NCBI GenBank assembly: GCA_965603825.1
Contig: CBFDEM010000002.1
Location: forward strand, 186,001 to 250,000
Direction of reading: 5' to 3'
Source of the DNA: Blepharisma stoltei ATCC 30299
Taxonomy: Eukaryota; Protista; Ciliophora
Length of the DNA stretch: 64,000 nucleotides
In this document: positions 12,656 to 25,628 of the stretch, in pieces
How the letters are laid out: every line of letters starts with the position of its first letter
Numbering within the stretch: position 1 is the first letter of the stretch
Made by a program: the position numbers and the translations under genes
Notes under the pieces: generated by a model
Told to the model about the DNA's origin: nothing
Databases searched by the model: none
Seen by the model: only the letters and a program-made list of their open reading frames with translations

Positions 12656-15286
12656 ATGAGTGCCACATTATCAACTCAATCATCAGGATATTTTTCTCGC
12701 CCTCAGTCTACCTCTCCATTCAAAAGAATTCACAATTGATCATCCCACGCTAGCTCCTCCAAACATATTCAGCCTGTCGAAAAAACTACAAAATCGTCTT
12801 CCAAAAATTTAAAGCAAGATTTCAACGATGATTTATCTTCCGACAAGCCACTTAGCGAAGCAGTTATGTTATGCCCTAAAGAAATTCTAGAAAATGAAGA
12901 AGATAATTCAGAGAATCCTAATGTAAATTATTTTTTCCAGAAAGGCAAAAAGCTAAGAATTAAAGGCGATTTTTTTAACGCTGTTAAAAGTTACAAAAAG
13001 GTCCTTTCATTTGATGAAGACCATTTTCCAAGCTTAATCAACTTAGGAATTTGCTATTTAAAGTTGGGATTGATAACTGAAGCCATCTCTACATTTGATT
13101 ATGCAATAAAAATAAATGAAAATTCATTTATTCCTTATTTTAACAAAGCCCTTGCACATATTTATTTGCAGCAGTACAGTGAAGCTGTTAAATGTATGAA
13201 CAATGCATATATAATATTAAATGACAAAGCGCCTGAAGAGTTATTTAGAATAAGAGCATTAGCTTTATACCGGTCTGGTAAAATTGCTGCAGCATTAGAC
13301 GACATTCAAAGAAATCATACCCCTTTAAAGCCTAAAAATTCCCAAATAGCAAGTACTTCTATAGAAATAGAAGAGAGAACATCTAATGAAAAAATTAATA
13401 AAAGCGTCAGAACAGAGCACGTAGAAAAGGAAAGAAGAGTTAATAGATCTTTTGACCAAATTTATGAAAAGCCAGTAATCTGGAAAATCCCACATACAAT
13501 TAAAGACTTTGACACTAGAAGATTAAATACAAGGTCAGTCACCCCAAGCATGAAATCGCCGATGAGGAATAGAGAAATAAAAACTGTGACAAGGCCACAA
13601 ACAAGGCAAAAACCTAAATTTTTCTTTGAAAGGAGAACTGAAAAACGGAAAAGCACAATCCAAAATGTAAGTCCTCGGGTATCTATAAAACAGTCTGAAA
13701 TCCATAGCCCTGCGAATTTTGATAAATGGTTTTCACCTATAAAAGTTCCTGAAAGCCAAGCAGAGCTCTTAAAAGAAGACGCTTCAGGCTGCTTCCATAA
13801 TGATTTATCATTTTCCCAAATAAAAGAAAATATTTTAAGAAATCACGAAATTCATAATAAAATCCAAGAAAAATTCAGCTTGCTACAAATTAAGCTTGAA
13901 GAAGACGCCAAAAAGCAAGTCGCAAAATTAAATGATGATTTTCTTCCTTTATTAACTAGCGGACTCTCTGAACAAAATATCCAGTCAATTAAAAAAGAAT
14001 ATTTAAAAGAAAAATCAAAGCGAAATTTCGAAGAAATCGACCAAATAATCAGAAATTTGAAATTTTTTGCAAGGTTTTCGAAAGAAGTAAGAATAAGCTT
14101 GTTGAAAATTTCTGAACTACATCATTATCATTCAGGAATGGTTATTTTTAAGCAAGGAGATCAAGGGGATATGATGTACGTGATCGTTAGAGGGTCTGTG
14201 TCTATTGAAAAAACTACAGAGGAATTTGGCAATCAAAATATTGTTGTTAATTCTCTTTATGATGGGAGTCAATTTGGAGAGCTTGCATTGATAAATAGTA
14301 TTAGATCAGAAGGACAAGTTAATGAAAGACTTGCAACTGTTATTACAAGTGAACCATCAGAGTTGATATCAATTCCCAAGCTCGAGTATAACAGAATCCT
14401 TTTAAATCAGCTTAAAAGCAATATGGAAGCCAAAATCATGTTTTTAAGCAAGCTTCCTTTATTTAAAGGAGTTGATCCAATCTTTTTAATCCCATTAGCA
14501 AGCAATATTGAGCCAGTTACCTACGACTTCAACGAAGTAATTTTAGAAAAAGGCGAGCAGCCTAAAGGTCTTTATATCATTATGAAAGGTAACGCTGCTG
14601 TTATTACAGAAGGATACTCAGTCAAAGACCGTACAGGCAGCGAATTTGCCAACGTCAAAATAAGAAAACCATCCCCTAAGCCTTTCTATATGGGAAATAT
14701 CAATCCTCCTGAAAAAGAAATCAAAAATAAAGACCCTCAAGTAGACCCTATAGAAAGACTAATAAATAAAGAAATTAACGATGCAGACGACAAAACCTGG
14801 GTAAAAATCAACAAATTTGTATCAGAAGCCGACAAAGAATTAATTGGAAAAGAAAAATATTTATATAAAGACAGAATTTTATTTGCAGCTTTACAGACAA
14901 ATGACTTCTTTGGAGGAAGATCTCTAATTGAAGGGGAAGTTCTCCACAATACAACGACAGATTATAGCATTGAAGCAAAAAAAGTTTCTATAGAGCCTTC
15001 AAAATTTTCAGTGGTAAATTATATTTAGGTCGCTCAGTCTTCGTCGTGTGAGGTTTTTATTATCACCAAAAATCAAGCTGGGTATTTAAATGAAAAAGTA
15101 GCTGACCAGATGAAAACTATTATACAGAAAAGCTATGAAGTAGACTGTCCGCCAGAGATTGACCCAGAAGTTATGGATAAGTTATTTACAAAATGGCAAC
15201 AATTCAGGGTTGATTTAGTTGAAAATATTAGAAGAAATAATTATGTGGATCGAAGAAGGGCCGGTTTCCCATTTGTTAGAGCTTAG
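12656..15286 (+). CDS. TPR repeat + cyclic-nucleotide-binding domain protein; exons 12656-15013, 15029-15286
   Basis: TPRs (NLGICYLKLG, FNKALAHI); cNMP domains (IFKQGDQGDMMYVIVRG...FGELAL...RLATV); extended upstream through one TGA; ends TAG 15284-15286. Confidence 0.85.
15014..15028 (+). other. 15-nt intron
   Basis: gtaaattatatttag; removes in-frame TAG. Confidence 0.9.
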
Positions 15287-15411
15287 TTCAAGAAACTGTT
15301 AAATAATTTATTTTAATTTAGAAAAATAATTAAATAATTAATTAAATTGAAGTAATGTTTTATATGATCATTAATTATCCTCTAAAAAGAGGCGCTTATG
15401 CATTTATTTAG

Positions 15412-15984
15412 TTACGCTTTAAATTTCTTTGCAGAAAAATACACTGGGCCAGATTTATTTCCCATTAACTTCTTATTCTCTTCATTTCTAAATCCATCAC
15501 TTTCTTGTCCTCAAAAATTTGGATTTTGGGTCAAAAAATTCCCTGACTGCATCATTTTTCAATTCCCAGCAAAGCTTGATCTTATTGATTTATCAAAATT
15601 GCTGGCAAAATGCTTTGGGGAGTTACATTTTATAATAGGCTTATCAATTTTATCTGCTTTGCTTGCCACAAGCTGCTGAGGTAATGACTCAAGACGAAAT
15701 GATAGCTTTTTAGCTATAGGGGAGCTTGGCTCTGTAAATTTTAGCTTCATAGAGATTGGAGTGTAAGATAAGGCGCGCTCTTTATTAAATTTTGGAAACT
15801 GTGAATGAGGAGAGAATGTATTAGTTGTAACTGTGGGTATTTGAAAAGAAGGTTCGGAGAAGGGATTTATTAAAATTTGTTGAGATGTTGCTTTATGGAT
15901 TTTTGTTGGATTAATAAATTTATTAATCGGCTTTTCGCTGCCAGAAAATACGATGTTTGTTGGCTGATCAGTCCTTTGTGCCAT
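15412..15984 (-). CDS. Hypothetical low-complexity protein (about 190 aa)
   Basis: ATG 15984; two TGA=Trp; TAA at 15412-15414; no recognisable domain. Confidence 0.6.
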
Positions 15985-16676
15985 TTTCAATAACCAATTA
16001 CTTCAGATTACTTTTTATTACTTGCTGCTGCATTCATAATATGCAATTTAAGAGTTTTTATTTAATAAGCAAAATTTCTTTGAAATACAAACTCAAAAAT
16101 AAATAATAAATTAAAAATTAAAGTTTGTGATATGTATAAAATTTATTCTAAAATGTTGGACTGAAAATAAATTAAAAGAGGATTAAACATTTAAGAAGAA
16201 TCGATCGTGATAGTTTGATAAAAATTTGATTTAATAAAATTTAATATTGATATTCATCTCTTATAATTAATAAATTTTCATAGAAACTAGGGAGCTATGA
16301 TATTAAGAATATTAGCAATAAAAATATCACAAAACATCAAATAATATTCTGATAAATTCATGCAATCTCTATATACTTTTCTAAAACACCAGAATTAATT
16401 TTACTGAATACGATATTTATTTTATTTATAGGAATCTGACAAATTTTAATTTTGCCTAATAATTTCTTTAATGAGCTAATATTTATTAATTTCATTTACC
16501 ATTATTCAAATTTCTGCTCTTTTCCTGAATTATTCTTTGTCTTTATCTCAAAATCATTTCTGCAGCTTATTAGCCTTGCTGTTCTCTTTTGTCCATTGAT
16601 TTCTATTTTTTCATATGTTTCTGGCAATACAGACTATTCCATTTTTAGTATACTAAATGCTCTGTAATAAAAATAA

Positions 16677-17249
16677 ATGATAGAGTGTTTTGATGAAATC
16701 ACAGAAATCGAATCTAGCCTATTTTATCCCTCTGATAAAAAAGATTTTATAGATTCTGATGGCAGTAGGGTGATATTCATTGATTTATTAAGTCTATCAA
16801 GCCAGGAAGAAGATGTGAGACTCACATAGGTACCGAGTATAGAAAAAGTCCCTTTAGAATTTGATGAGGAGTCACTTAAAGAATTTAGTCGATCTTCATA
16901 TTGCAGTGATATCACATTAAATCCGCAGATTTATGATATTTTATGAGACTATGATGCTGGAAAAACTAAGATTGAGCAACCAAATTCAAGAGACACAAAA
17001 ATTATTATTCCAAGGGCACTTTTGACCCGAACAGTAAAAAGGGAAATCGGGACATTGACGTATAGAGAACGGCAAGAAAAAATAAAAAAATACATTGAAA
17101 AAAGACGTAAAAGGTCATGAAATAAAAAAATTGCTTATGACTGCAGAAAAAAGGTAGCCGATAATAGGCTCAGGGTAAAGGGAAGATTTGTGGCAAAAGA
17201 TAAAGCGAGTGGTTATTTACATTTTGAGAACAGTCTTTTTAAAAAATAA
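16677..17249 (+). CDS. CCT-motif (CONSTANS/CO-like/TOC1) protein; exons 16677-16814, 16830-17249
   Basis: Absent from ORF track; spliced with UGA=Trp it encodes RQEKIKKYIEKRRKRSWNKKIAYDCRKKVADNRLRVKGRFV, a canonical CCT motif. Confidence 0.88.
16815..16829 (+). other. 15-nt intron (GTGAG donor)
   Basis: gtgagactcacatag; A at position 10; removes in-frame TAG. Confidence 0.85.
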
Positions 17250-17443
17250 TAGTCTGGGATTGAAACACTACATTTTAGGTTTGATATTATTAAATTCTAA
17301 ATTAATCAGAATTAAATTACGCCATATTTAAATAGTTCCATTCATTTTTTAAGTATGTTAAATACTGCGAATATTATTAGTTATATTATTTAACACAGAT
17401 TATTTAGTGAATTATTTATTATTATGATGCTAATATATCAAAA

Positions 17444-18931
17444 TTACCCTTCAATTATTTTCTCTTGCCAAATTCTGCTCTCAATCAGCCACCTATCTTT
17501 CTGAAACTGTGTTATTCTTTCCAAAATCCTTTCAAAACTCTCTTCCCGCTCAGCATGAAATCAAATACTTTCCTTCTTTATATTTTCTTCAATCATTTCT
17601 AGCTCTTTCTCAATATTTTCAATTTCATTTTGCACAAATTCAATTTCTTTTATATATTTTTCACATTTTGATGGGTCTGAAGAATATCTTTGCTTATTTA
17701 ATTTTCTATTAATAAGCAGCTCAAATTCAGAATATTTTTTCATCGTTTTCTTATAATCAAAAATTGCATTTCTCAACGCTTCTGTTTTTAATGATTCTTC
17801 TTTAAGATTCATCGTCAAATTTTTTAGCTCTTCATTCGGACTTTTTACTGACTGAGAAATTTCTTCTGTAATTCTTTCAAATTTTGCTGAGTCAGGAAAA
17901 CTCATATTTTCCAAGTTTGCTTGTAAATTATTTTGGGATTCTATAAGTGAAGAAAATGCAAGGTAAAATTGGTTTGTAGGCTCATATAGTAATGAAATTG
18001 CTTTGTCAACTGCAGCAAGCTCTTTGCTAAAAGGCTCGATTTTTCGTATTAAAATATAATTTAGCTTAGCTTCAAAGATAGAAATAATTTGATCAAAAGC
18101 GTCTTCAATATCAGCATATTGGAATTTATTAGTGGAAGCATCTAAATTATGCTGCTCAGTTACAAAAGTTTCATCTGGGCATTGTAAAAACAATTTAAAT
18201 GGCAAACAACATTTCAAAATTGGATGTTTTCCTAGAATACTTAAATACATCTCAATCTCAATTCTTCTATTTTCTAAAAATTTTTTATTGCTGTTATTTA
18301 ATATTGATTTTTCTGGCAAAGTAGGAATTGGCATTCCTTTATATCTTTCTCTTAAAATGCGGTTGAGCCATTCTAAATCACGAAACCTTCGTGTCACTTG
18401 AAATTGTTCTGTTTTTCACTTAGATTCAATGCTGTAAACATAATATGACTGCACTCCAAGTCAGCCTTCTGAAACAATTGTAGCTTTTTTAACAAAAATT
18501 TTTACTTCATTAGTGTCTTTAAAATAATCTGACATTGATTTTGCTTCTGACTTCCTTAAAACTGAATTTTGAAGGTTTTTAGAAGATCCGTTGGATTTAT
18601 AAAGAAAATCAATCTTTTCCTCACTCGATCCAAGACTATTGCCATTTGATAATTTTTCATACTTTTCCTCAGATTCATTACTGACGTTTTCTAATTCAAT
18701 TTCTAATAGCGAGCCAATGATTTCTGTTTCATCGTTTCTACCCTCTCCATTAGACAGAGAATCTACTTTATTCTCGAAATTTATCCCAGACAAAATTTCT
18801 TCTATTATTTTTTCAATAAATTCTGTGTTAAGAGGCTCTATTTCTTGATGCATATATTTAATAAAGCTATTACTTTCAGCTGCAGCAGTCATATAGAGCG
18901 ATTGATCAATGCTGTGGGAAGTATCATCCAT
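17444..18931 (-). CDS. Sorting nexin (PX + BAR-like coiled coil)
   Basis: ORFs 18461-18931 and 17561-18397 join via TGA; PX motifs YYVYSI, VTRRFRDLEWL, PTLPEK, RRIEIEMYL; TAA 17444-17446. Confidence 0.88.
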
Positions 18932-18962
18932 ATTAATTTATTATAGATTTCAAATGTTTTAT

Positions 18963-20459
18963 TTAATTTGTATTGCTATCAATAATTCTTTGTCATTCGG
19001 CTCTGTTTTCTATGCAGTCATGCATCATTTTTTTGTAATCACTATCCAGCAAGATATAGTTCCTTGCAGGCTTATCAGGAAGGGCTATTGCTGCTCCGTT
19101 TTCATCGACTAATCCACCTGGCTGACTTTTTCTTGCCTTAATCTCTTCATTATATTTTTTCAGCTCAGCTAAATATTCATTATATCTCTCTTTCAGTTTA
19201 TTTTTAATATAAAACTCTTTGACTACATCAGGAATTGATGAATTTCCTAATACAGCTATCGGCTCAATTGGTTTATGAAGATCTTCTTTACTCAATTTTC
19301 GTTTTTTTACAAGCTGCTCTCTATGAATTTTGTACTCAACCTTATTTCACATAGTCTTTCTAACAATCATGCTGGTCTTTTTCTCTAAAAATGCATGCCT
19401 TAACGTTCTTTGTATAAATAAAAGCCTATTTCTTCACCACGCCATAAGCTGAAATAGTGTGTCACAAGTAACAGCTCTCTCAAAAACATCAATAACTCTA
19501 TTTTTATATGCATTTTTAACAAAATTTAAATGGCAGTGAATAGGTTTTGATAAAATTTGGAGCCGCTTTACCGCCAAATTCACCCTGGCTGCTTTTGAAA
19601 GAATTTTAAATTTCCCGATATATGTACAAAGAATAAATAGCTGCTTTAGCACTTTTTGTGATCTCATATGAAGATCTTTTCGATATTGGATTTTGCAAGT
19701 TATTTCTGTGTTTCAAGAAGCTACTACAAATAAAATGATCCAAGTTTTAGCTATTTGAGAAATTTGATGGCGCTTGACTTTCATTATAAGTCGTCTTTGT
19801 TTATCTTCTATTTTATTTTGGATATCAATTCGTTTTTGATACATTAGGTACTCTTTTTTTTTTTTGGCTTGGCTTATTCTCGCAGTTTCTATTTCTGATT
19901 TAATTTTAGTCAAATATATTTTATTTGATGGCTGATACTGTGCCATATCTTTATTTTGCTTAAAAATATCTGCAGCAGACTTGAATTTTTCTTGAGTTGA
20001 TAAAATTGTGAGAGACTCAGGTCTCCTAAATCTTTGTGATGTACCAAACTGAAATGATGTTCCTCCAAGAGTGCTTAGTCCTATGTTATAGTAGCCAGGC
20101 CCTAGCTTTGGGCCTACACAATCTATGGTATAAACAGTTCTTCCACAGTCAAAAGCAGCTTGATATTCATTAAGTAGCCTTTCAACTTCACTTCGACTCT
20201 GTATAAATATTACAATTTTTCTCTTAGGTTTTGATAGATTTAAATTAAAATCAGTAATGCTTTGAGATTTAGGGGTTCGCTCTGTTGATGATTTAATTTT
20301 ATAGAGCTCAGGAGTATTAGCAGGCTCCATAAAATTTTCTATGCTCAAAGAATTTCTTAGAGTTCTGGGATATTCTTTAAAGTTTGATGGTGAATCGCTT
20401 ATATCTTTTGTAGGCGCTGAGGGAGTATAAGGAAGTGATATTTGCCTTTTTGATTTCAT
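18963..20459 (-). CDS. Basic hypothetical protein (about 498 aa) with one GPGYY (SHIPPO/ODF3-like) motif
   Basis: Three same-frame ORFs joined through four TGA codons; TAA at 18963-18965. Confidence 0.75.
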
Positions 20460-21334
20460 TACATATAGAATTATTTTTAGACATTCATTTGACTTCAGAA
20501 TTCATTTTACTCACTAGTCATTTTAATTAAAACCGAAAGCGCTTTATAAATTAATATGCCAAAATAAGGTAAAAAATTCATAAGCTGAAAGGAAAGCTTT
20601 AAAATTTAAAAAATAATCTTTTATCTAGATATAAGACTTTAAAATATAGAATAATCTAATTTAATCTTAAATATGAATATAAATATAAATAAAAGAATAA
20701 TCCACTAGAATTTATAGGCACTGCTAAACTAATCTCAATTTATATATATAAAATTTCACGGTTTTAATTTCTGAAAAAATGAAATATTCAAGACTAAATA
20801 TAAAATATATGATCAACCTCTGACATTAGTCTAATTAAATTAAAATTCATTAGCACTACAAGCTCTTTTTAGCTTTTGTCAAATTATATAAGAGCCTATT
20901 TATTTAATGATAAGCTTATAAACTCTGTCTTTCTAAAAAATAAAAATCTAGAGTGCTCTAGCTATGATCTCCTGCAGCTATCTTCCCTAATATTGGCAAT
21001 AGCAATGAGTTATTAAACTCATCATATAACATATTACTGAAACTAAAAAATTGATTTCTCAAAGCGCCATATTCAAGCATAAACAAATATTATAATAAAT
21101 CCCTAACTTCTCAATATATCAATATAAGAAATAATTGCATTAGCCTAAAAAATTACTAAAATTCTTCACTGAATATCTTACTATTCTCTCCTTATCTTTA
21201 CTCTTAATAAAATCTCTCTTCTAAGAGTTTCTAATAAAATGATATTTAATCTGTCTACGTCATCCTCTCAATTCTCAATAAATTCCAAAAAATCGCCAAT
21301 TTTTATAGTTCCATAAGATCATTTTAAGTTTAAA

Positions 21335-22192
21335 ATGGAGGCAAAGGTGGAAGAAATCAAGCAGCTCTTCAGAGATGACTATCTCATTCAAGCACACAAA
21401 AAACTAACAGAACTTGGTAAGAATAATTTAGAAGCTGAGCTGACAGATGAAGAAAAACTGTCTCTAGCTGAAATGTCTGAGGCCAGGGTCATAAAAGACG
21501 ATCTTCAGATGGCAAATCTATTATTAGAGCATTTATCAGATTTAGAATCATGGGAGCCTGTAGCCCAAGAAGAAGATATAGTAACATTCTCTAAAAGTAC
21601 TCAATCAGAAGTCATTGTTCGTGGCGAAATGCTGCTCCATCAGCCCATAACTCCTTTGCTGGCACTTTTTTCAGAATGCGATTTGTTAAAAAATTGGGTA
21701 CCGATCCTCAAAGACGCAAAATGTTTGGGTCAGCCAAGCATTTTTAGGAGGATTATTCATTACTTTTTTGACCTGCCCTGGCCTGTTACAAATCGTGATA
21801 TGGTTGTAAGCGCTGTTGGGGTCCCTATCCCTGAAAATAACTCAACGCTTATGATTATAAGAAGTATTGATCAGTATACAAACTTTTTAGGTATAAATAT
21901 TCCTGCCCCAGAAGGAATCAGGATTACTATGGATTATGCGTGCTTAAACGTAACTTATTTAGGTCCAAATGAATCACAAATTTCACTGATTGCGAGGTGC
22001 AACCCTCATATGGCGCTGATACCAACTGTTTTAGTAAATTATGTGACTAAGCATGGAATTCTTTATTTTTTGCAGTCTGTTAGAGAGCAATGTGAGAAGT
22101 ATGAAGGAAGCTTGCATCAGCAGTCGGTTAAAGCGAATCCTGCATATTACGAAGAAGTTGTGAAAAGAATTAATATCGACATCCTAATTTAA
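21335..22192 (+). CDS. START/Bet v1-like lipid-binding domain protein; probable 15-nt intron 21417-21431
   Basis: E.DL...WVP and LPWPVTNRDMV motifs typical of START domains. Confidence 0.85.
   Translation: MEAKVEEIKQLFRDDYLIQAHKKLTELGKNNLEAELTDEEKLSLAEMSEARVIKDDLQMANLLLEHLSDLESWEPVAQEEDIVTFSKSTQSEVIVRGEMLLHQPITPLLALFSECDLLKNWVPILKDAKCLGQPSIFRRIIHYFFDLPWPVTNRDMVVSAVGVPIPENNSTLMIIRSIDQYTNFLGINIPAPEGIRITMDYACLNVTYLGPNESQISLIARCNPHMALIPTVLVNYVTKHGILYFLQSVREQCEKYEGSLHQQSVKANPAYYEEVVKRINIDILI
21417..21431 (+). other. 15-nt intron (stop-free, phase 1)
   Basis: gtaagaataatttag; matches the consensus of the obligatory introns but is not required for frame. Confidence 0.7.
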
Positions 22193-22814
22193 GATTCATA
22201 TTTATTGCTGAAGAAGCTCTGCTGATACTCAAGGCTTAGCTTTTAAGCATAATAGGTCATGATTAAAGATGAATAATAATTATGAATTAAATTTCTAATT
22301 ATCATTATTAATCAAATTTTATAAGATAAAATAATGTGAGCTCTAAGTGACGATGATTTATTTTCTCCTTATATGGTTTTTATAATAAAATCTTTAATTA
22401 GTAAATTCGATTATCACAACTTTAGCTAGCTTTCTATAACTAAGTCATTTATGATCGTTTACGCTTATATTTGTAAATAATTCAAATTTGCTCAATATTA
22501 CTTTTTTAGCTTTAAATGAATTCTACATTCAATTATTAAATTAAGCTGCTTGCTCGAAATATTAGTTCTCAAGACTTTTTAAACCAATAATATCAAAATT
22601 TGTCATGCCGAATCTTATCTTCCAACTGATTCATAAAGCAACAGAATTGCCCCTAGGCAAATTTTGCCGTAGTTTTTTATTCAAAACCCTCTTTAAAATT
22701 ATCATGATGACCCACACCCATTTTTTCTATACCTTTCTCGAAATCATGGGGGTAATAAAAAATAAAAATGGCTATATATACCGATCAAAACTATGGCAAA
22801 AATATAATTTAGAA

Positions 22815-24170
22815 ATGAGAGAAATAATATCTATTCACGTCGGCCAAGCTGGCGTTCAACTTGGAAATGCTTGTTGGGAACTATTTTGCCTAGAACATGG
22901 GATACAGCCAGATGGGCAAATGCCAAGCGATAAAACAATTGGAGCTTATGATGATTCTTTTAACACATTTTTCACAGAAACAGGAGCAGGAAAACATGTT
23001 CCAAGAGCTTTATTTTTAGATTTAGAGCCTACAGTTATAGATGAAATAAGAACAGGAACGTATAGACAGCTATTTCACCCTGAACAATTAATAACTGGAA
23101 AAGAAGATGCTGCTAATAATTTTGCTAGAGGCCATTATACAGTTGGGAAAGAAATTATTGATTTAGGTCTGGATAGAATACGAAAATTGGCTGATAATTG
23201 TACAGGATTGCAAGGATTTTTAGTATTTAATGCTGTTGGTGGTGGAACTGGTTCTGGGCTTGGATCATTATTGTTAGAAAGACTTTCGGTTGATTATGGT
23301 AAAAAGTCAAAAATTAGCTTTACTGTTTATCCTTCACCTCAAATTTCGACCGGAGTAGTTGAGCCTTACAATTCAGTCCTTTCTACACATTCTTTACTCG
23401 AGCACACTGATGTAGCTGTTATGCTAGATAATGAAGCTATTTATGATATATGCAGAAGACAATTAGATATAGACAGACCAACATACACAAACCTAAATAG
23501 ACTAATTGCACAAGTTATTTCTTCAATGACAGCTTCTCTTAGATTTGATGGAGCTTTAAATGTAGATCTCTGCGAATTTCAAACCAATCTTGTCCCATAT
23601 CCCAGAATTCACTTTATGCTTTCTTCTTATGCACCTATAATATCAGCTGAAAAAGCTTTCCACGAAAATCTTTCAGTCGCTGAAATTACAAATTCTGCTT
23701 TTGAGCCTGCAAGTATGATGGCTAAGTGTGACCCAAGACATGGCAAATATATGGCAGTTAGTTTAATGTATCGTGGGGATATTGTTCCTAAAGATATATG
23801 CTGCTCTATCGCATCTATAAAGACAAAGAGGACTATACAATTTGTGGATTGGTGCCCAACCGGCTTTAAATGTGGAATTAATTATCAGCCACCAACAGTT
23901 GTCCCTGGAGGCGATCTTGCAAAAGTAGTGAGAGCTGCGTGCATGATCAGCAACTCTACAGCAATAGCTGAAGTTTTTTCGAGGATTGACCATAAGTTTG
24001 ACTTAATGTACGCAAAGCGTGCATTTGTCCATTGGTTTGTTGGGGAGGGAATGGAAGAAGGAGAGTTTTCAGAGGCAAGGGAAGATTTAGCGGCACTTGA
24101 AAAAGATTATGAAGAAGTAGGGATTGAGACTGCAGATGCTGAAGGTGAAGAAGAGGATAATGAAATATAA
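22815..24170 (+). CDS. TUBA: Alpha-tubulin, divergent isotype (copy A, 451 aa)
   Basis: [11 protein letters not shown] start, K40, GGGTGSG, C-terminus EGEEEDNEI; true start is 22815 rather than the ORF-track 22605. Confidence 0.97.
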   Translation: MREIISIHVGQAGVQLGNACWELFCLEHGIQPDGQMPSDKTIGAYDDSFNTFFTETGAGKHVPRALFLDLEPTVIDEIRTGTYRQLFHPEQLITGKEDAANNFARGHYTVGKEIIDLGLDRIRKLADNCTGLQGFLVFNAVGGGTGSGLGSLLLERLSVDYGKKSKISFTVYPSPQISTGVVEPYNSVLSTHSLLEHTDVAVMLDNEAIYDICRRQLDIDRPTYTNLNRLIAQVISSMTASLRFDGALNVDLCEFQTNLVPYPRIHFMLSSYAPIISAEKAFHENLSVAEITNSAFEPASMMAKCDPRHGKYMAVSLMYRGDIVPKDICCSIASIKTKRTIQFVDWCPTGFKCGINYQPPTVVPGGDLAKVVRAACMISNSTAIAEVFSRIDHKFDLMYAKRAFVHWFVGEGMEEGEFSEAREDLAALEKDYEEVGIETADAEGEEEDNEI

Positions 24171-24227
24171 TGATAATTTTACTCTTTATATCATTTTTTT
24201 TGGCTATGGACTTAATTTTATTAAATG

Positions 24228-24485
24228 GTTTAATATCTGCAATAAATAGCAAGCCAGCCAATTGACATTAATTTTACATAAAAACTTGAAAGCGTTATCA
24301 CCATCATTAATTTCGAGATTAAATTAGGTGAATATCCTAAATATTGATAAATCACCCAGGAGCCCAATTGTCAATGATATTCACAAATAAATTAAAAAAT
24401 CATTAACCCATGCGTGAATAGTGCATGAAATTAGAATTCTTGGAATAATAAACTTTTTTATTAATGCAATTGTCCAGCATCAGCT
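24228..24485 (-). pseudogene. Partial remnant 1 of secreted lectin-like gene
   Basis: Homologous to about 28072-28350; encodes AGLLFIADIK terminus. Confidence 0.6.
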
Positions 24486-24492
24486 ATAAAAT

Positions 24493-24582
24493 CTGTAAAT
24501 TGCTGCCCAACTGGTTTTAAATGTGAAATTATTTATCAACAACTAGCAATTATCCTGGAGGCGATCTTGCAAAAATAGTGAA
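24493..24582 (+). pseudogene. Short degenerate alpha-tubulin fragment
   Basis: tgcccaactggttttaaatgtg...cctggaggcgatcttgcaaaa matches the CPTGFKC...PGGDLAK codons of the intact genes, with an indel. Confidence 0.85.
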
Positions 24583-24651
24583 AAAAGTTGGCAGGGCAAA
24601 GTCGCTGATACTTGAGTTTCTAAAAATGGCGAAAATCAATTAATAAGATGG

Positions 24652-24872
24652 TTATTTATATGCAATATATGCAATAAATAGCAAGCCAGCCCCACCGATA
24701 TTATTTGTAGCTTCAAACTTTAAAATGCTATCACCATTAATAATCTTCGATGATATATCAGGTGAATATAATAAATTTTGAAAATGTTTAAAGGAGCTCA
24801 ATTGCTAATATATTCATCATTCACATATAAATTAAAAGAGCCATCAGCTCATGCTTGAAATATGTATAAAAG
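24652..24872 (-). pseudogene. Partial remnant 2 of secreted lectin-like gene
   Basis: Homologous to about 28072-28310 (gcaataaatagcaagccagc...atcttcga...ggtgaatat). Confidence 0.6.
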
Positions 24873-25009
24873 TGGATTCTTTATTTTTTGCAGTCTGTTA
24901 GAGAGCAGTGTGAGAAGTATGAAGGAAGCTTGCATCAGCAATCGGTTAAAGCGAATCCTGAATATTACTAAGAAGTTGTGAAAAGAATTAATATCGACAC
25001 CTAATTTAA
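24873..25009 (+). pseudogene. Duplicated 3' end of the START gene
   Basis: Near-identical to about 22055-22192, with GAA>TAA at 24969 and a small deletion. Confidence 0.9.
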
Positions 25010-25628
25010 GATTCATATTTATTGCTAAAGAAGTTTGCTGATACTCAGGCTTAGCTTTTAAGCGTAATAGGTCATGATTAAAGATAAATAATAATTATGA
25101 ATTAAATTTCTAATTATCATTATTAATCAAATTTTATAAGATAAAATTATGTGAGTGACGATTTATTTTCTTCGCATATGGTTTTTATAATAAAATCTTT
25201 AATTAATAATATTTGATTATCACAACTTTAGCTAACTTTCTATAAGTAAGTCCTTTATGGTCGTTTACGCTTATATTTGAAAATAATTCGAACTTGCTCA
25301 ATTAAACCTTTAGCTTTAAATAAATTCTATAATCAATTATTAAATTAAACTGCTTGCTTTTTTTCTGCTCGAAATATTAGCTCTCAGGACTCTTTAAACC
25401 TGTAATATCAAAATTAGTCCTGTATTATCGTATCTTCTAACTGATTCGGAAAGCAACACAATTGCCCCTAGGCAAATTTGCCGTCGTTTTTTATTCAAAA
25501 TCCTCTTTAAAATTATCATGATGACCCACACCCATTTTTTCTATACCTTTCTCGAAATCATGGGGGTAATAAAAAATAAAAATGGCTATATATACCGATC
25601 AAAACTATGGCAAAAATATAATTTAGAA

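Noticed and set aside
22605-22814. N-terminal extensions of the alpha-tubulins in the ORF track (also 25518-25628)
   Set aside because: Alpha-tubulins start at MREI; the upstream open frame is AT-rich promoter/UTR sequence and its 5' part is not open in copy B
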